DNA of 64,000 bases from Candidatus Latescibacterota bacterium. GTDB lineage: Bacteria; Latescibacterota; UBA2968; SICM01. The position numbers and the translations under genes were made by a program. The notes under the pieces are model-generated. The model ran no database searches. It saw only the letters and a program-made list of their open reading frames with translations, and was not told the DNA's origin. Shown here in pieces: positions 10,339 through 20,343 of the stretch; within the stretch, counting starts at the first letter, position 1, and each line of letters opens with the position of its first letter. Where the stretch lies: NCBI GenBank assembly GCA_965217865.1, contig CBDCJO010000002.1:768001-832000 (forward strand). The letters are read 5' to 3'.

Positions 10339-11799
10339 ATGCCCTCACCCAATCTCTTATTCATATTCACCGATCAGCAGCGGTGGGACACCCTGGGTGC
10401 CTACGGCAACCCAAGAATATCGACCCCCCACCTCGACCGGCTGGCCGCAGATTCGATCCTTTTCCGCAAGGCCTACGTATCCCAACCCGTCTGCACGCCT
10501 TCCCGTTCGACCCTGGTGACGGGCCTCTACCCCCATACAAACGGCTGCATCTCCAACAACATCGCCTTGGCCGAGAAGGTACACGCATTCCCGGAGATGA
10601 TGACCGCGGGGAACTACGAAACCGCATACATCGGGAAGTGGCATCTCGGGGACGAGATCTTCCCTCAACACGGTTTTAAACACTGGGAGAGCATCGAGGA
10701 CAATTATTGGAAATTCTACTCGTCCCCCGAGAATATGCCCGTCAATTGCAGCTATTATCATTTCCTGAAGAAGCACGGATTTCAACCCGATGTCCGACAC
10801 GGGGACTTCACCTGTTTTTCCCGGTTCTTCGCAACCCGCGTCCCCGAGGACTACAGCAAGCCGGGTTTCATCGCGGAGGAGACCTGTCGTTTTATCGACG
10901 AGAACCGTTCCAGCCCGTTTATCCTGTTCGTGAATTTCCTCGAACCCCACAGCCCGTTTTTCAGCTGTCTGGATGACCTCTACGATCCCGCGGATGTGAT
11001 TCTGCCATCAAATTTTTGCGCGAACATGACAGAGGATGTCCCGTTAAGGACCCGATTGTCCAGTGAGAGAGCACGTCGCACCGGGGATTCCTGGCCATGG
11101 CCTCTGGAGGACGAAAGCGAATGGCGAAAATTCATCGCCCACTACTGGGGATCCGTCAGTCTGGTGGACAGGAGTGTGGGACGGATCCTTACGACCCTTG
11201 ATAATTGTGACCTGAACCGGAATACGATCGTGGTATTCACGAGCGACCACGGGGACATGATGGGCAGTCACGGAATGATCGAGAAGTCTGTCATGTACGA
11301 GGAAGCCGTCAGGATTCCCTTGATCCTCCGAACACCGCAGCTTGGTTTTGAAAAACGCGTCGTGGATCAACCGATAAGCCAGGTGGATCTGGTACCCACC
11401 CTCCTTAGCATGATGGGTCAGGCCGTCCCGGATCACCTCGAAGGGACGGACCGTTACCCATTCCTCAAAGGCCAGGCCGATTGGGGACTCGAAGATGTGT
11501 TCATGGAGTGGAACGGTACAGCCGCAGATCCCGAACCCGACGAATTTCCGGACCTTGTCTCCCCTGAGCAGATCTCCGCGATCCAGGGCAAACGCGTGCG
11601 AACAGTCCTGACGGGTGATGGCTGGAAGTTCAACTGGAACGAGACCGGAGAACACGAGCTCTATTTCCTGAAAGACGATCCCGGCGAGTTGACCAACCTG
11701 TATTCAGACGAAAAACATACCGCAGTCTTGGCGGACCTTAAGGAGCGTATTCGGAAATGGCAGGACAGGACAGGAGACACGGTAGAAATCGGGGACTAG
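10339..11799 (+). CDS. Formylglycine-dependent sulfatase (Cys-type)
   Basis: PNLLFIFTDQQR, CTPSR..TGLYP, GKWHLG, FTSDHGDMMGSHG. Confidence 0.95.
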   Translation: MPSPNLLFIFTDQQRWDTLGAYGNPRISTPHLDRLAADSILFRKAYVSQPVCTPSRSTLVTGLYPHTNGCISNNIALAEKVHAFPEMMTAGNYETAYIGKWHLGDEIFPQHGFKHWESIEDNYWKFYSSPENMPVNCSYYHFLKKHGFQPDVRHGDFTCFSRFFATRVPEDYSKPGFIAEETCRFIDENRSSPFILFVNFLEPHSPFFSCLDDLYDPADVILPSNFCANMTEDVPLRTRLSSERARRTGDSWPWPLEDESEWRKFIAHYWGSVSLVDRSVGRILTTLDNCDLNRNTIVVFTSDHGDMMGSHGMIEKSVMYEEAVRIPLILRTPQLGFEKRVVDQPISQVDLVPTLLSMMGQAVPDHLEGTDRYPFLKGQADWGLEDVFMEWNGTAADPEPDEFPDLVSPEQISAIQGKRVRTVLTGDGWKFNWNETGEHELYFLKDDPGELTNLYSDEKHTAVLADLKERIRKWQDRTGDTVEIGD

Positions 11800-11976
11800 G
11801 GGTCGGGGAACGTGAGACGTCAGACGTGAGATGTGAAACGTGAAAAGAAGCAGTAGCAGGAAGAGCAAAGGCGGGGGCCAGAGGTCGGAGGTCGGGGAAA
11901 AGCCACGAGGTTTATCGGTTTCTCTTCGTCTTTGGGACAGTTCAAATTAAATATGTCATCCTACTATGTTAAAAGT

Positions 11977-12194
11977 CAAAGGGAATCTACAGATTGTTGC
12001 CTCACCGCTTTCAAACCCAACCAGCCTACTATTCGAGGTCACACGAAGCGCCACAAGTTATCGATCCGGAGGATTTTGGAGAGGATTCGGCACACTGAGC
12101 CACGGAGTAATCTAAAGCTCTTCAAGGATGACAACGCCGTTCCTCCCTCCGGATCGAAAGAGGTGTTTAAAAAGGGTGCGGACAGTCGTTAGGC
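11977..12194 (-). ncRNA. Predicted bridge/seek RNA of the IS110 element
   Basis: ~220-nt non-coding region 3' of the transposase; 12-bp stem 12061-72/12146-57 encloses segments matching both halves of the target. Confidence 0.75.
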
Positions 12195-13259
12195 TTAAAC
12201 CAGTCCCAGCACATAGGGCTCTTTGCGAATCAGGATCCCTCGGAGCCGAATAATTAGAATCCTGGCAATCGCGACAATAGCTCGTTTGGATCCGGCCCGA
12301 GTTTTGATCCGGTCATACTTTTCTCTCATCGCACCATCTTTTTTGATGACTCGCCATGCGGCCTCAACCAACAGGCACCGTAAGCTGGATCTGCCCTGAC
12401 GCGTGATGTGTCCAAACCGGAGGTTTTCCCCACTCGAATATTGTGAAGGCGTTAAGCCTATATAAGCGGCCAACTGATCAGCCTTTCGAAATCGTGCGAC
12501 GTCCTGCAGTTCCAACAGGAGCTCCATGGCACTGATCCAACCGATACCTGGCGTAGAGGTCAGGATCTCCACGCGATCCCGATATCCATCGCTTTTTGAA
12601 AGTTCCTTCAGCAGGTTCGTCTGCTTTTCGATCTGCTCTGACTGGAAGTCGAATTCATTCAGCAAGGTCTGAAAACATTCTTGCTGATACCGATTCTGAA
12701 ACCTGAAGGCTCTCAACTTATCGATAAAGACCTGGCTCCATTTGCCACTCGATTCTCGAGGCAATTCAATCCCATTCACCCGAAGCTCTGCTTTGATCCG
12801 ATTTTGAGTCCGAACCCGATTGCCGATGCACTGACGACGACGCCTGGACACTTGCCGATGCGCACGCTCTTCCACAGTCGGAACATATATGGCCTCTAAC
12901 TGGCCAGACTGTAGGCACTCAGCTAACTTTCCGCTATCCAGACGATCATTTTTCACCCGACTACCAGAGCGTTGAGGAATCAAATGAGGAGGCGTCACCC
13001 GCGCATCTACCCCATATTCGATCAGCCGATCATATACCCAAAACCCAAAATATCCTGCCTCGTAGACGACCGAGATCTGTCCCGCGTCGGAGAACCGGGA
13101 CAACAATCGCTCCAGGTCCTCCCAACGGCCACCAATGTTGTTGGAAAAAAGGACCAAACCATCTTCGGATCGAATGGTCACGTGCCAACTTTTGCGATGA
13201 AGATCGATAACCATAAAAAGACACTTGCCTTTCCAGGCCTGTTTCGAATATCTTCCCAT
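12195..13259 (-). CDS. IS110 family DEDD recombinase/transposase
   Basis: VIDLHRKSW, VYEAGYFG, VKNDRLDS, STPGIG, AYIGLTPSQYSSG, KRAIVAIAR; RBS AGGAGG. Confidence 0.95.
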   Translation of the reverse strand: MGRYSKQAWKGKCLFMVIDLHRKSWHVTIRSEDGLVLFSNNIGGRWEDLERLLSRFSDAGQISVVYEAGYFGFWVYDRLIEYGVDARVTPPHLIPQRSGSRVKNDRLDSGKLAECLQSGQLEAIYVPTVEERAHRQVSRRRRQCIGNRVRTQNRIKAELRVNGIELPRESSGKWSQVFIDKLRAFRFQNRYQQECFQTLLNEFDFQSEQIEKQTNLLKELSKSDGYRDRVEILTSTPGIGWISAMELLLELQDVARFRKADQLAAYIGLTPSQYSSGENLRFGHITRQGRSSLRCLLVEAAWRVIKKDGAMREKYDRIKTRAGSKRAIVAIARILIIRLRGILIRKEPYVLGLV

Positions 13260-13419
13260 CTTGAGCCTCCTGTGAGAGAGAGTTATTGTGAATCTACGGG
13301 ATTTCCAATAAACATATCCTCTCAAGCAGTGAGGCTCAACTACTTTTAACATAGTGACTGAGCCCCTTCACCGCGTTCAGGATAAACTCCGGCGAAGGAT
13401 CTCGATTTATGAGGTTTTT

Positions 13420-14319
13420 ATGGACAACATGTTCTTGAGATGGTGGGGATGCGGGGCGTTCGAGATTATCATGGGCGACGTCAATATCGCCGTAGATCCG
13501 TATCTGTTCGGGGAAAATTTGGAAAAGGCCGAGCCTATCTTCGATTATATCTTCATCAGCCACGAGCACTTCGACCACTGCCATCCCCCGACTCTGCAGA
13601 AGCTCTGCAAAGGGGACCGGTTCAAGAAAATCTTCGTGAACATCGGCTGCCTGACACCCAATGAACCGATCGACAAAAACTACGGAGACGCGGCCTTCGC
13701 TCGAGACCTTCCGATTAACAAACACATCCCGGCGGAGATGATCCAGGTCATCTATCCCAAGTACCTGTCAGACGACGAGCGAAGTTTTCCGGGACCGTTT
13801 GAGGCGGACCTCGGGCCCATCCGCATGGAAGCGGTCGAGAGCGGTGAGAACTCTCGGCCGGACCTGCCGACCTGCGGATACATGATCACCCACACCGAAA
13901 AGAACGTCTCCTTCTATCACATGGGGGACTTGACCAAGAATTTTCCCGCGCTCGAAAACCTGAAAGGCCGGGTGGACTTCCTGGTCCATATGAAACTCGG
14001 GACCCTCATGAAACCGGGGAAAGGTCGCGGAATATGGGATGTCATGTCGGACTTTATCGACATCGTACAACCCCGCTTCTTTATTCCCACACACTACCGG
14101 ACAGACAGCACTTCGGATCCGATACCCCACGGGCACTGGCCCCCGAACCTGACGGATACGAACGCATACTTCGAAGACCTGAGGGATCACATTGGGGACC
14201 GGACCCGGATACTTCCGTTCACAGCCGGAGTTCAATACGAAGTCGAAATGCCCTCAAAGAAGGTCAAGTGGGCGTGGGACTTCTTCAACACCTGGGATGT
14301 CCCACCCTGGAGGGGATAA
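13420..14319 (+). CDS. MBL-fold metallo-hydrolase (UlaG-like)
   Basis: LRWWG, IAVDPY, SHEHFDH, YHMGD, IPTHY. Confidence 0.85.
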   Translation: MDNMFLRWWGCGAFEIIMGDVNIAVDPYLFGENLEKAEPIFDYIFISHEHFDHCHPPTLQKLCKGDRFKKIFVNIGCLTPNEPIDKNYGDAAFARDLPINKHIPAEMIQVIYPKYLSDDERSFPGPFEADLGPIRMEAVESGENSRPDLPTCGYMITHTEKNVSFYHMGDLTKNFPALENLKGRVDFLVHMKLGTLMKPGKGRGIWDVMSDFIDIVQPRFFIPTHYRTDSTSDPIPHGHWPPNLTDTNAYFEDLRDHIGDRTRILPFTAGVQYEVEMPSKKVKWAWDFFNTWDVPPWRG

Positions 14320-14320
14320 G

Positions 14321-15247
14321 ATGGGAGGATGGATTGCGAAAAGCCCCATGCCCACACCGCGGCACGATCTGCAGGCGATCCCCGTCGGAAACCGGATCTA
14401 CGCAATCTCAGGCGGAGACGACATCACCACGGAGGTCGTGGAGATATACGATGTGACCGAGGACCGGTGGACATCGGGACCCGCCATCCCGACCAAAAGA
14501 GGGTGGTCCGGATCTGCCCTCCTGGACGATTTGATCTACATCATCGCGGGCAAAACAATCCAGACCCCGGAGGAAAAATCCCGGACCAGGGATGACGGGA
14601 ATTATACCATCAGGAATACGGTTGAGGTCCTGGACCTGAACAGCGGTATCTGGTTATCCCGGAAACCTCTGAGCGCGTCCAGGGCTGGCCTGGCGGCCAC
14701 GGTTTGCAAAGGAAGGATCTATGCGATCGGCGGAAATACCATGGACAACGAGCAGCGGAACCACGGGACCATCCTGGAAAGAGTTGAAATATACGAACCG
14801 GGTATCGACACGTGGTCCCCGGGGGTGCCCCTCCCCGTGGCTGTTCAGGGACCCGTCGTGACCACGATAGATGATCGGATCTACGTCACCGCAGGAAGAT
14901 CGAACGAGGGGGTATTCCCGGCCTACTGCCTGGTCTTCGACCCGGAGACTCAAAAATGGGGCGACCTGGCCCCCATTCCGACCCCCCGATGCGACCCCGG
15001 TTCCGTTGTTGTAGATCGACGAATCTATACATTCGGAGGATGGGGGCCGAACCGTTATTACGATAACGTCGAAATATACGATATCGACTCGGACACCTGG
15101 TCATCCGATGCACCCCTTCCCGAGAAGAAGGCCTGGATGGGAGCGGCGGCCGTGGGAGATCGGATCTTCGTCATGGGCGGTGCTTATAAAAAGACGGACG
15201 GACCGGGATTCAAGTGGATCGATGACCTTCACGAGTTCGTCATGTAA
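14321..15247 (+). CDS. Kelch-repeat beta-propeller protein
   Basis: Six kelch repeats (IYAIGG..VEIYD..W..PMPTPR). Confidence 0.9.
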   Translation: MGGWIAKSPMPTPRHDLQAIPVGNRIYAISGGDDITTEVVEIYDVTEDRWTSGPAIPTKRGWSGSALLDDLIYIIAGKTIQTPEEKSRTRDDGNYTIRNTVEVLDLNSGIWLSRKPLSASRAGLAATVCKGRIYAIGGNTMDNEQRNHGTILERVEIYEPGIDTWSPGVPLPVAVQGPVVTTIDDRIYVTAGRSNEGVFPAYCLVFDPETQKWGDLAPIPTPRCDPGSVVVDRRIYTFGGWGPNRYYDNVEIYDIDSDTWSSDAPLPEKKAWMGAAAVGDRIFVMGGAYKKTDGPGFKWIDDLHEFVM

Positions 15248-15392
15248 GGCAGGCACGTGATTCGTTAAGAATCGATGCGAAAAATTTTTTGAACGGTCAA
15301 GGATTTTAATCGATAGGATTCGGGCTTTTCCGAGTCACGAGTCACGATCCACGGACCCCGGCTTTTCCGATCCACGGAATAGAGACTTCCTT

Positions 15393-16271
15393 ATGGCTAT
15401 GATTACGATGGGGGATGTCAAGCCCCTCTTCGACGCAACCTCCCTCTTAAGCGATCCGATCCGCTTACAGGATCGCGCTCGCCAGGAGGGATACCTCTAT
15501 TTTAAGGGATTGATCGATCCTCTCCCGATCTTGAAACTCCGACAGCAGATCCTCCAGGTTTGCCTCGAGCAAGGGTGGCTCGACGACGGCTTCCCCCTCG
15601 ACGAAGGCATTGTCAAAAAAGGCGTGTCCTATGTCGAATCCGACACTCCCGATTGGCGTTCCTTCTATTGCGACGTACAGAAACACCATGATTTTCACGC
15701 CCTTGCGCTTCACCCCTCCCTTCTCGATATGTTCGAAAAACTTTTCGGCGAGGGCGTACTCCCTCACAGCCGCAATATTTGTCGGGCGATTTTTCCTGCT
15801 TCGGAAACCTTTACCACACCCCCTCACCAGGATCACTTTCCGATAGGGGGAACCGAAGAGTCCTGGACCGCGTGGATCCCCATTGGGGATTGTGGTGCGG
15901 AGATGGGGGGACTGGCGGTTGCGCCGGGATCTCAACGTCGGGGATTTCTGGAAGTCCATTCCGCTAAGGGCGCGGGGGGGCGTACCGTGGATGTAGAAGC
16001 CGATGCCACCTGGGCAAGCGGGGACATGCTTTGCGGAGACGTGTTGATCTTTCACAGCCTGACGGTTCACCAGGGACGTGACAATCAGACTCCGGATCGG
16101 CTGCGCGTCTCCTGTGACTTCCGATACCAGCCTATGAGCCATCCCGTTCGTGAGGCCTCGCTTCTTCCCCATATGAGGTGGCAAACCTGGGACGAAATTT
16201 ACGAATCGTGGCCCCAAGACGATCCTGTCAGGTATTACTGGAAGGACTGGGATCTGAACGTCGTTCCGTGA
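15393..16271 (+). CDS. Phytanoyl-CoA dioxygenase (PhyH) family Fe/2OG enzyme
   Basis: PPHQD, GGLAVAPGSQ, GDVLIFHSLTVH, RVSCDFRY. Confidence 0.9.
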   Translation: MAMITMGDVKPLFDATSLLSDPIRLQDRARQEGYLYFKGLIDPLPILKLRQQILQVCLEQGWLDDGFPLDEGIVKKGVSYVESDTPDWRSFYCDVQKHHDFHALALHPSLLDMFEKLFGEGVLPHSRNICRAIFPASETFTTPPHQDHFPIGGTEESWTAWIPIGDCGAEMGGLAVAPGSQRRGFLEVHSAKGAGGRTVDVEADATWASGDMLCGDVLIFHSLTVHQGRDNQTPDRLRVSCDFRYQPMSHPVREASLLPHMRWQTWDEIYESWPQDDPVRYYWKDWDLNVVP

Positions 16272-16291
16272 ACGGTCTTTTTAGAGGGACT

Positions 16292-17131
16292 ATGGATTCA
16301 CCGCGTATCGACAATCGGGACTGGTCCGCGTTAACCCTCGGCGAACGCATCCACCAGATCGAAGTCGAGGGTTATCTTTTGATCCCCAACCAGCTGACAC
16401 CCGATCATATCGCTCAATTGAAGGAAGAGACCGCCAAACTGGAAACCTACCACACCGACTACAGCGTTCATCAGAGGGGCCACAAAGAAATGGAGAAGGA
16501 GGCCGGTCTTTTCGTGGATCTGATCGCCCACCCCCCCATGGTGGCCTTCCTGAAAGAACTCTTCGGTGAAGATATCCAGATGTCTCACTATACCTACTCC
16601 CGTTCGGAACCCGGCCATCCCGGCATCAGCTTACACACCGACGGACAACCCTACGGCTCCAAAATCTTCGGCTTCGAGGGCAGCGTTCCCTGCATGGTTC
16701 GTGTCCTCTATTACCTGGATGACCTCACCCCCGACATATCTCCATTTCGTGTGGTGCCGAGGTCACACCTGTCCATGCACCGGGATGGGAATCCGTACAA
16801 ACGCTACAATACTCACCCGGAAGAGGTGATGGTCACGGGTAAAGCCGGCGACGCCGTACTCATCAGTCACACGGTCTTCCACGGCAACTACCCCAACACC
16901 GGAGACAGGCCCCGTGAGATGCTCGCAATCGCCTACCGGCCCGCCTGGGCCGGACCTGTCGATAAAGTGGATGACTGGGATCCCGAACTTGTGGCCACGC
17001 TACCGGAGGCGGTTCGGCCCTTCTTCGGAGACCGCAACTCGCGTGAATGGGATTGGGGGGGTGCGAACAAACCTCCTAACATGACCGACGAAGCTCCGGG
17101 AATCGATCCCAGCCGGTGGGAGAGAAAATAG
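16292..17131 (+). CDS. PhyH family dioxygenase
   Basis: SLHTDG, YYLDDL..FRVVPRSH, GDAVLISHTVFHG. Confidence 0.88.
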   Translation: MDSPRIDNRDWSALTLGERIHQIEVEGYLLIPNQLTPDHIAQLKEETAKLETYHTDYSVHQRGHKEMEKEAGLFVDLIAHPPMVAFLKELFGEDIQMSHYTYSRSEPGHPGISLHTDGQPYGSKIFGFEGSVPCMVRVLYYLDDLTPDISPFRVVPRSHLSMHRDGNPYKRYNTHPEEVMVTGKAGDAVLISHTVFHGNYPNTGDRPREMLAIAYRPAWAGPVDKVDDWDPELVATLPEAVRPFFGDRNSREWDWGGANKPPNMTDEAPGIDPSRWERK

Positions 17132-17359
17132 ATCTGGGAACCAGTGGTCAGGGGTCAGAAGTCGGGGTTAGGAAAAGGAGGTAGCAGGTGGCAGTGGCAG
17201 GAGAGGCATTGAAGATTGAAGATTGAAGATCGAAGAGATCCATATAGCCAAAAAAGTCCTGAGGTTTTCAAATATTCAATTCTCCGATATTCAATGAAGT
17301 TTTAGGGGTCAGGAAAGCGGCTCGAAACTGCTTACGAACGACATCCATATGGAGCTAAC

Positions 17360-18029
17360 ATGAGACTGATCCTGGTGGGGTGTGAATACGCAGGGAAAGA
17401 CCACACTTGCGGAGGAGATCGTGAAGTGGATCGATCGAACAATGGGCGGGGCACGTGGCTTCCACGACCACTTCACCATACCCGACTCGGAGGCTCCGGA
17501 AGAGGTACAGGAGGAAATCCTGGGACTCAGCCCGAAGCTCAAGGAGTCGCTCCAGCGATACATGATTCATTATCACCTTGTCCCCGACTTCTACGGCGAT
17601 CCCGACCATAATTTGGTCGGGTTCCACATCGAAGAAGCGGTTTACGCACCGCTTTACTACGGATACGGTCGAAAGGGTGAACACAGCTACCGGACCCGGT
17701 TCGCAAGGGGTGTCGAGAGAAATATTATGGAAGTCGCCCCGGACACGGTGCTCGTTCTGCTCAGGGCATCCCCCGATGTCATCGCCAGGCGGATGCGGGA
17801 AAATCCCCATCCGCGGCCGGTGGTGAAGGAAGCGGATATCGAACATGTCCTGGAACGGTTTGATGAGGAATTCGGGGTCACACTGATCCGAAGGCGGTTC
17901 ATCCTCGACACCTCCACCGCAACCGTCGATGAGACGCTCCAGGAGTTCGTGACGAAAAACGAGTTATACCTGACCGATTCGGATCGGAGAAGGATTTTGA
18001 CACATCAGGCACTGGTCAAGGGAAATTGA
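17360..18029 (+). CDS. P-loop nucleotide-kinase-like protein; 1-nt frameshift at ~17396
   Basis: MRLILVGCEYAGK joins TTLAEEI across frames; LVLLRASPDVIARR and LDTS motifs. Confidence 0.7.
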
Positions 18030-18176
18030 AGATTGACCATTGAAGATAATTGAAGATTGAAGATTAAAAGACCGTCAAACGTGAGAGATCAGGGGTTAGA
18101 GGTCAGGGTCAGGGAAAGGCAAAGGCCGGGGTAGGAGGAAACTGAAGAATGACATTGACGATTGTGAATCGGAAAC

Positions 18177-18355
18177 GCCCTCATCCCCTGTATCCCCTTC
18201 TCCCGCTTAGCAGGAGAAGGGGACAATGACGTTCATTTCACTTATGTTAAGAATCTCGCCTTTCCCCTTCATTCAATAATCAGATGATTTTGGAACTTCC
18301 CCTCTCCCGGTACCCGGGAGAGGGGTGCCGAGCCTGCGAGGCGGGATGAGGGGGC
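18177..18355. repeat. ~180-bp palindromic dispersed repeat (CCCTCATCCCC..TCTCCC..GGAGAAGGGG / CCCTCTCCC..GGGAGAGGGG..GAGGG)
   Basis: Close copies at 40530-40707 (reverse) and 56147-56346; related element at 24960-25073. Confidence 0.85.
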
Positions 18356-18484
18356 ATAACGGGGCGGTACAATCATCGCGCCTTCTGGATCGACACTGGG
18401 AAATTCTATCCTGTTTTAGGCTTCACTTTTTTTTTGATTTTCCATTTTGCATTTTCCATTTTGCATTTCCATGGGAGTCCTCCG

Positions 18485-19516
18485 ATGAAAATCGCCATCC
18501 TCCACGGTCCCAGAGATCTTCGACTTGAAGAGCAGCCCCTCGACACCCACAACCTGAAACCCGACCAGCTCTGGGTAGAGTCCCTGATCTCCGCCTTCAA
18601 GATCGGCACGGACCGGGGCAACTACGAAGGCGCTGAAGAGGTACCCGGCGCCCCGACCTACCCAAGGTGGGTCGGGGACAGCAACCTGGGCATCGTGCGG
18701 GGCGTTGGCAGTGCGGTAACCCGATTCCAGAAGGGGGACCGGGTGGTCACCCGAAAGCCACACCAGTCCGAGTACCTCATCGAAGAATCCGAGAGCATGG
18801 TGAAAGTCCCGGATGGGGCCGACGACGAGGATGCCGTTTTTTCTCACCTCTACGCCCTGAGTTCCCTCTGTTACCGCAAAGCCCACTTTCAGCCCGGCGA
18901 GAACGTGGCCGTCGTGGGCCTCGGGGTTCTGGGACTGGGGGCCGTTGCCCTCGGACCCTGTTTCGGGGCCCGGGTTGTCGGCCTGGGCAACAGCCCGACC
19001 CGTCTGGATATGGCCAAACGGATGGGGGCCCACGAGGCCTACCCGTCAGACGATCCCGACATGACCGAGAAACTGAACGCCTTCACGGACGGCGTCGGAA
19101 TCGACCTGGTCATCCTCACGGCGAATCCCTGGCCGGCCTTTCGCACCTCCCTACAGATCGTCCGGCCAAACGGCCGCGTCTCCATCGTCAGCCTTCTGGG
19201 CCGCGGAGAGCCTCCTATAGATTTCAACCCCCTCCCTCTGGACCTGTTTTACATCAAAGGCATATCCTTGATCTCCGTGTGCGGACCCCCCGGATATTTA
19301 TATCCGGACCACGGTGTGGGAAACCAAGTGACGGATGACCGCTTCAATCCCGACCGCGCCTGCGCACACGTGCTTTCCCTTATCGCGGATGGACGACTCG
19401 AGCCCAGCCGTCTGATCACCCACCGGTTCCACTACACTGAAATGGTAAAGGCCTACGAGATGGCCTTCAACCGGGAGAAGTCTATGCTCGGGGTCGTGTT
19501 CGAATGGAAGAAGTAA
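18485..19516 (+). CDS. Zinc-binding (MDR family) alcohol dehydrogenase
   Basis: GPRDLRLEE, VGSAVTRFQKGDRV, VVGLGVLG, LITHRF. Confidence 0.88.
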   Translation: MKIAILHGPRDLRLEEQPLDTHNLKPDQLWVESLISAFKIGTDRGNYEGAEEVPGAPTYPRWVGDSNLGIVRGVGSAVTRFQKGDRVVTRKPHQSEYLIEESESMVKVPDGADDEDAVFSHLYALSSLCYRKAHFQPGENVAVVGLGVLGLGAVALGPCFGARVVGLGNSPTRLDMAKRMGAHEAYPSDDPDMTEKLNAFTDGVGIDLVILTANPWPAFRTSLQIVRPNGRVSIVSLLGRGEPPIDFNPLPLDLFYIKGISLISVCGPPGYLYPDHGVGNQVTDDRFNPDRACAHVLSLIADGRLEPSRLITHRFHYTEMVKAYEMAFNREKSMLGVVFEWKK

Positions 19517-19523
19517 ACTTTAG

Positions 19524-20309
19524 ATGAACATGAGAGAGGCCCTGCTCAAATTGGGGGTGACCGATACGACCCTATCGGAGGAGGAAAAGCACTTCCTCGA
19601 TCACAAGGGCTACCTTCCCTTACCGAAGATCCTTTCCGACGATCAGGTCCGGGCATTCGTAAGACGCCTTGAACAGATCGAAGATGACGAGGGAGAAGAA
19701 GCGGGTGAGGAATTTCATCAGGAAGCCGGGACGATCAGACTCAGCGACCTTGTGAACAAGGCGCCCCTGTTCGAGATCTGCTTCACGCATCCCCGTGTGC
19801 TTGCCGCGATTGCCCACGTCCTTATCGACGATTTTAAACTCTCTTCGCTGAACGGCCGGGCGGCAATCCCCGGACACGGACTTCAAGCCTTACACGTGGA
19901 TGGAAGGAATCTGAACCTTCAACGATCGGGGGATACACCGCTTCATCGGGGGGACCACGTCGTTTGCAACTCCATCTGGCTGCTCACAGATTTTACGCCG
20001 GAAAACGGGGCGACCCGTCTGGTGCCGGGAACCCACCTGTCCGGAAAAATGCCGGCTGATTCGATGGACGATCCGACCCGGCCCCACCCGGATGAGATCC
20101 GGCTACACGCTCCTGCGGGCACTGTCGTCATCTTCAATTCCCACACCTGGCACGGAGGTACGTTGAACAAAGGGGATACCCTCCGTCGCGCAATGCATTC
20201 CTACTTTACCCGTCGCCACCTTCCCCAGCAGACGGACCAGCGAAAACACATCCGCCCGGAGAACTACAACCGCCTGAATGAGGCCGCGCAATTTATCCTG
20301 GACGTGTAA
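19524..20309 (+). CDS. PhyH family dioxygenase
   Basis: QALHVD, WLLTDFTPENGATRLVPGTH, FNSHTWHGG. Confidence 0.92.
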   Translation: MNMREALLKLGVTDTTLSEEEKHFLDHKGYLPLPKILSDDQVRAFVRRLEQIEDDEGEEAGEEFHQEAGTIRLSDLVNKAPLFEICFTHPRVLAAIAHVLIDDFKLSSLNGRAAIPGHGLQALHVDGRNLNLQRSGDTPLHRGDHVVCNSIWLLTDFTPENGATRLVPGTHLSGKMPADSMDDPTRPHPDEIRLHAPAGTVVIFNSHTWHGGTLNKGDTLRRAMHSYFTRRHLPQQTDQRKHIRPENYNRLNEAAQFILDV

Positions 20310-20343
20310 ATAATTGTAGATCGATTGCTGCGAGGAACCCGAC

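Larger units (their letters stand above)
11963..13357 (-). mobile_element. IS110 family (IS1111-type) insertion sequence inserted at a CT core within a REP
   Basis: 14-bp inverted repeats ACTATGTTAAAAGT at 11963-11976 / 13342-13355; CT at 11961-62 and 13358-59; flanks rejoin as GTCATCCTGAGC...GAAGGATCTC. Confidence 0.88.
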
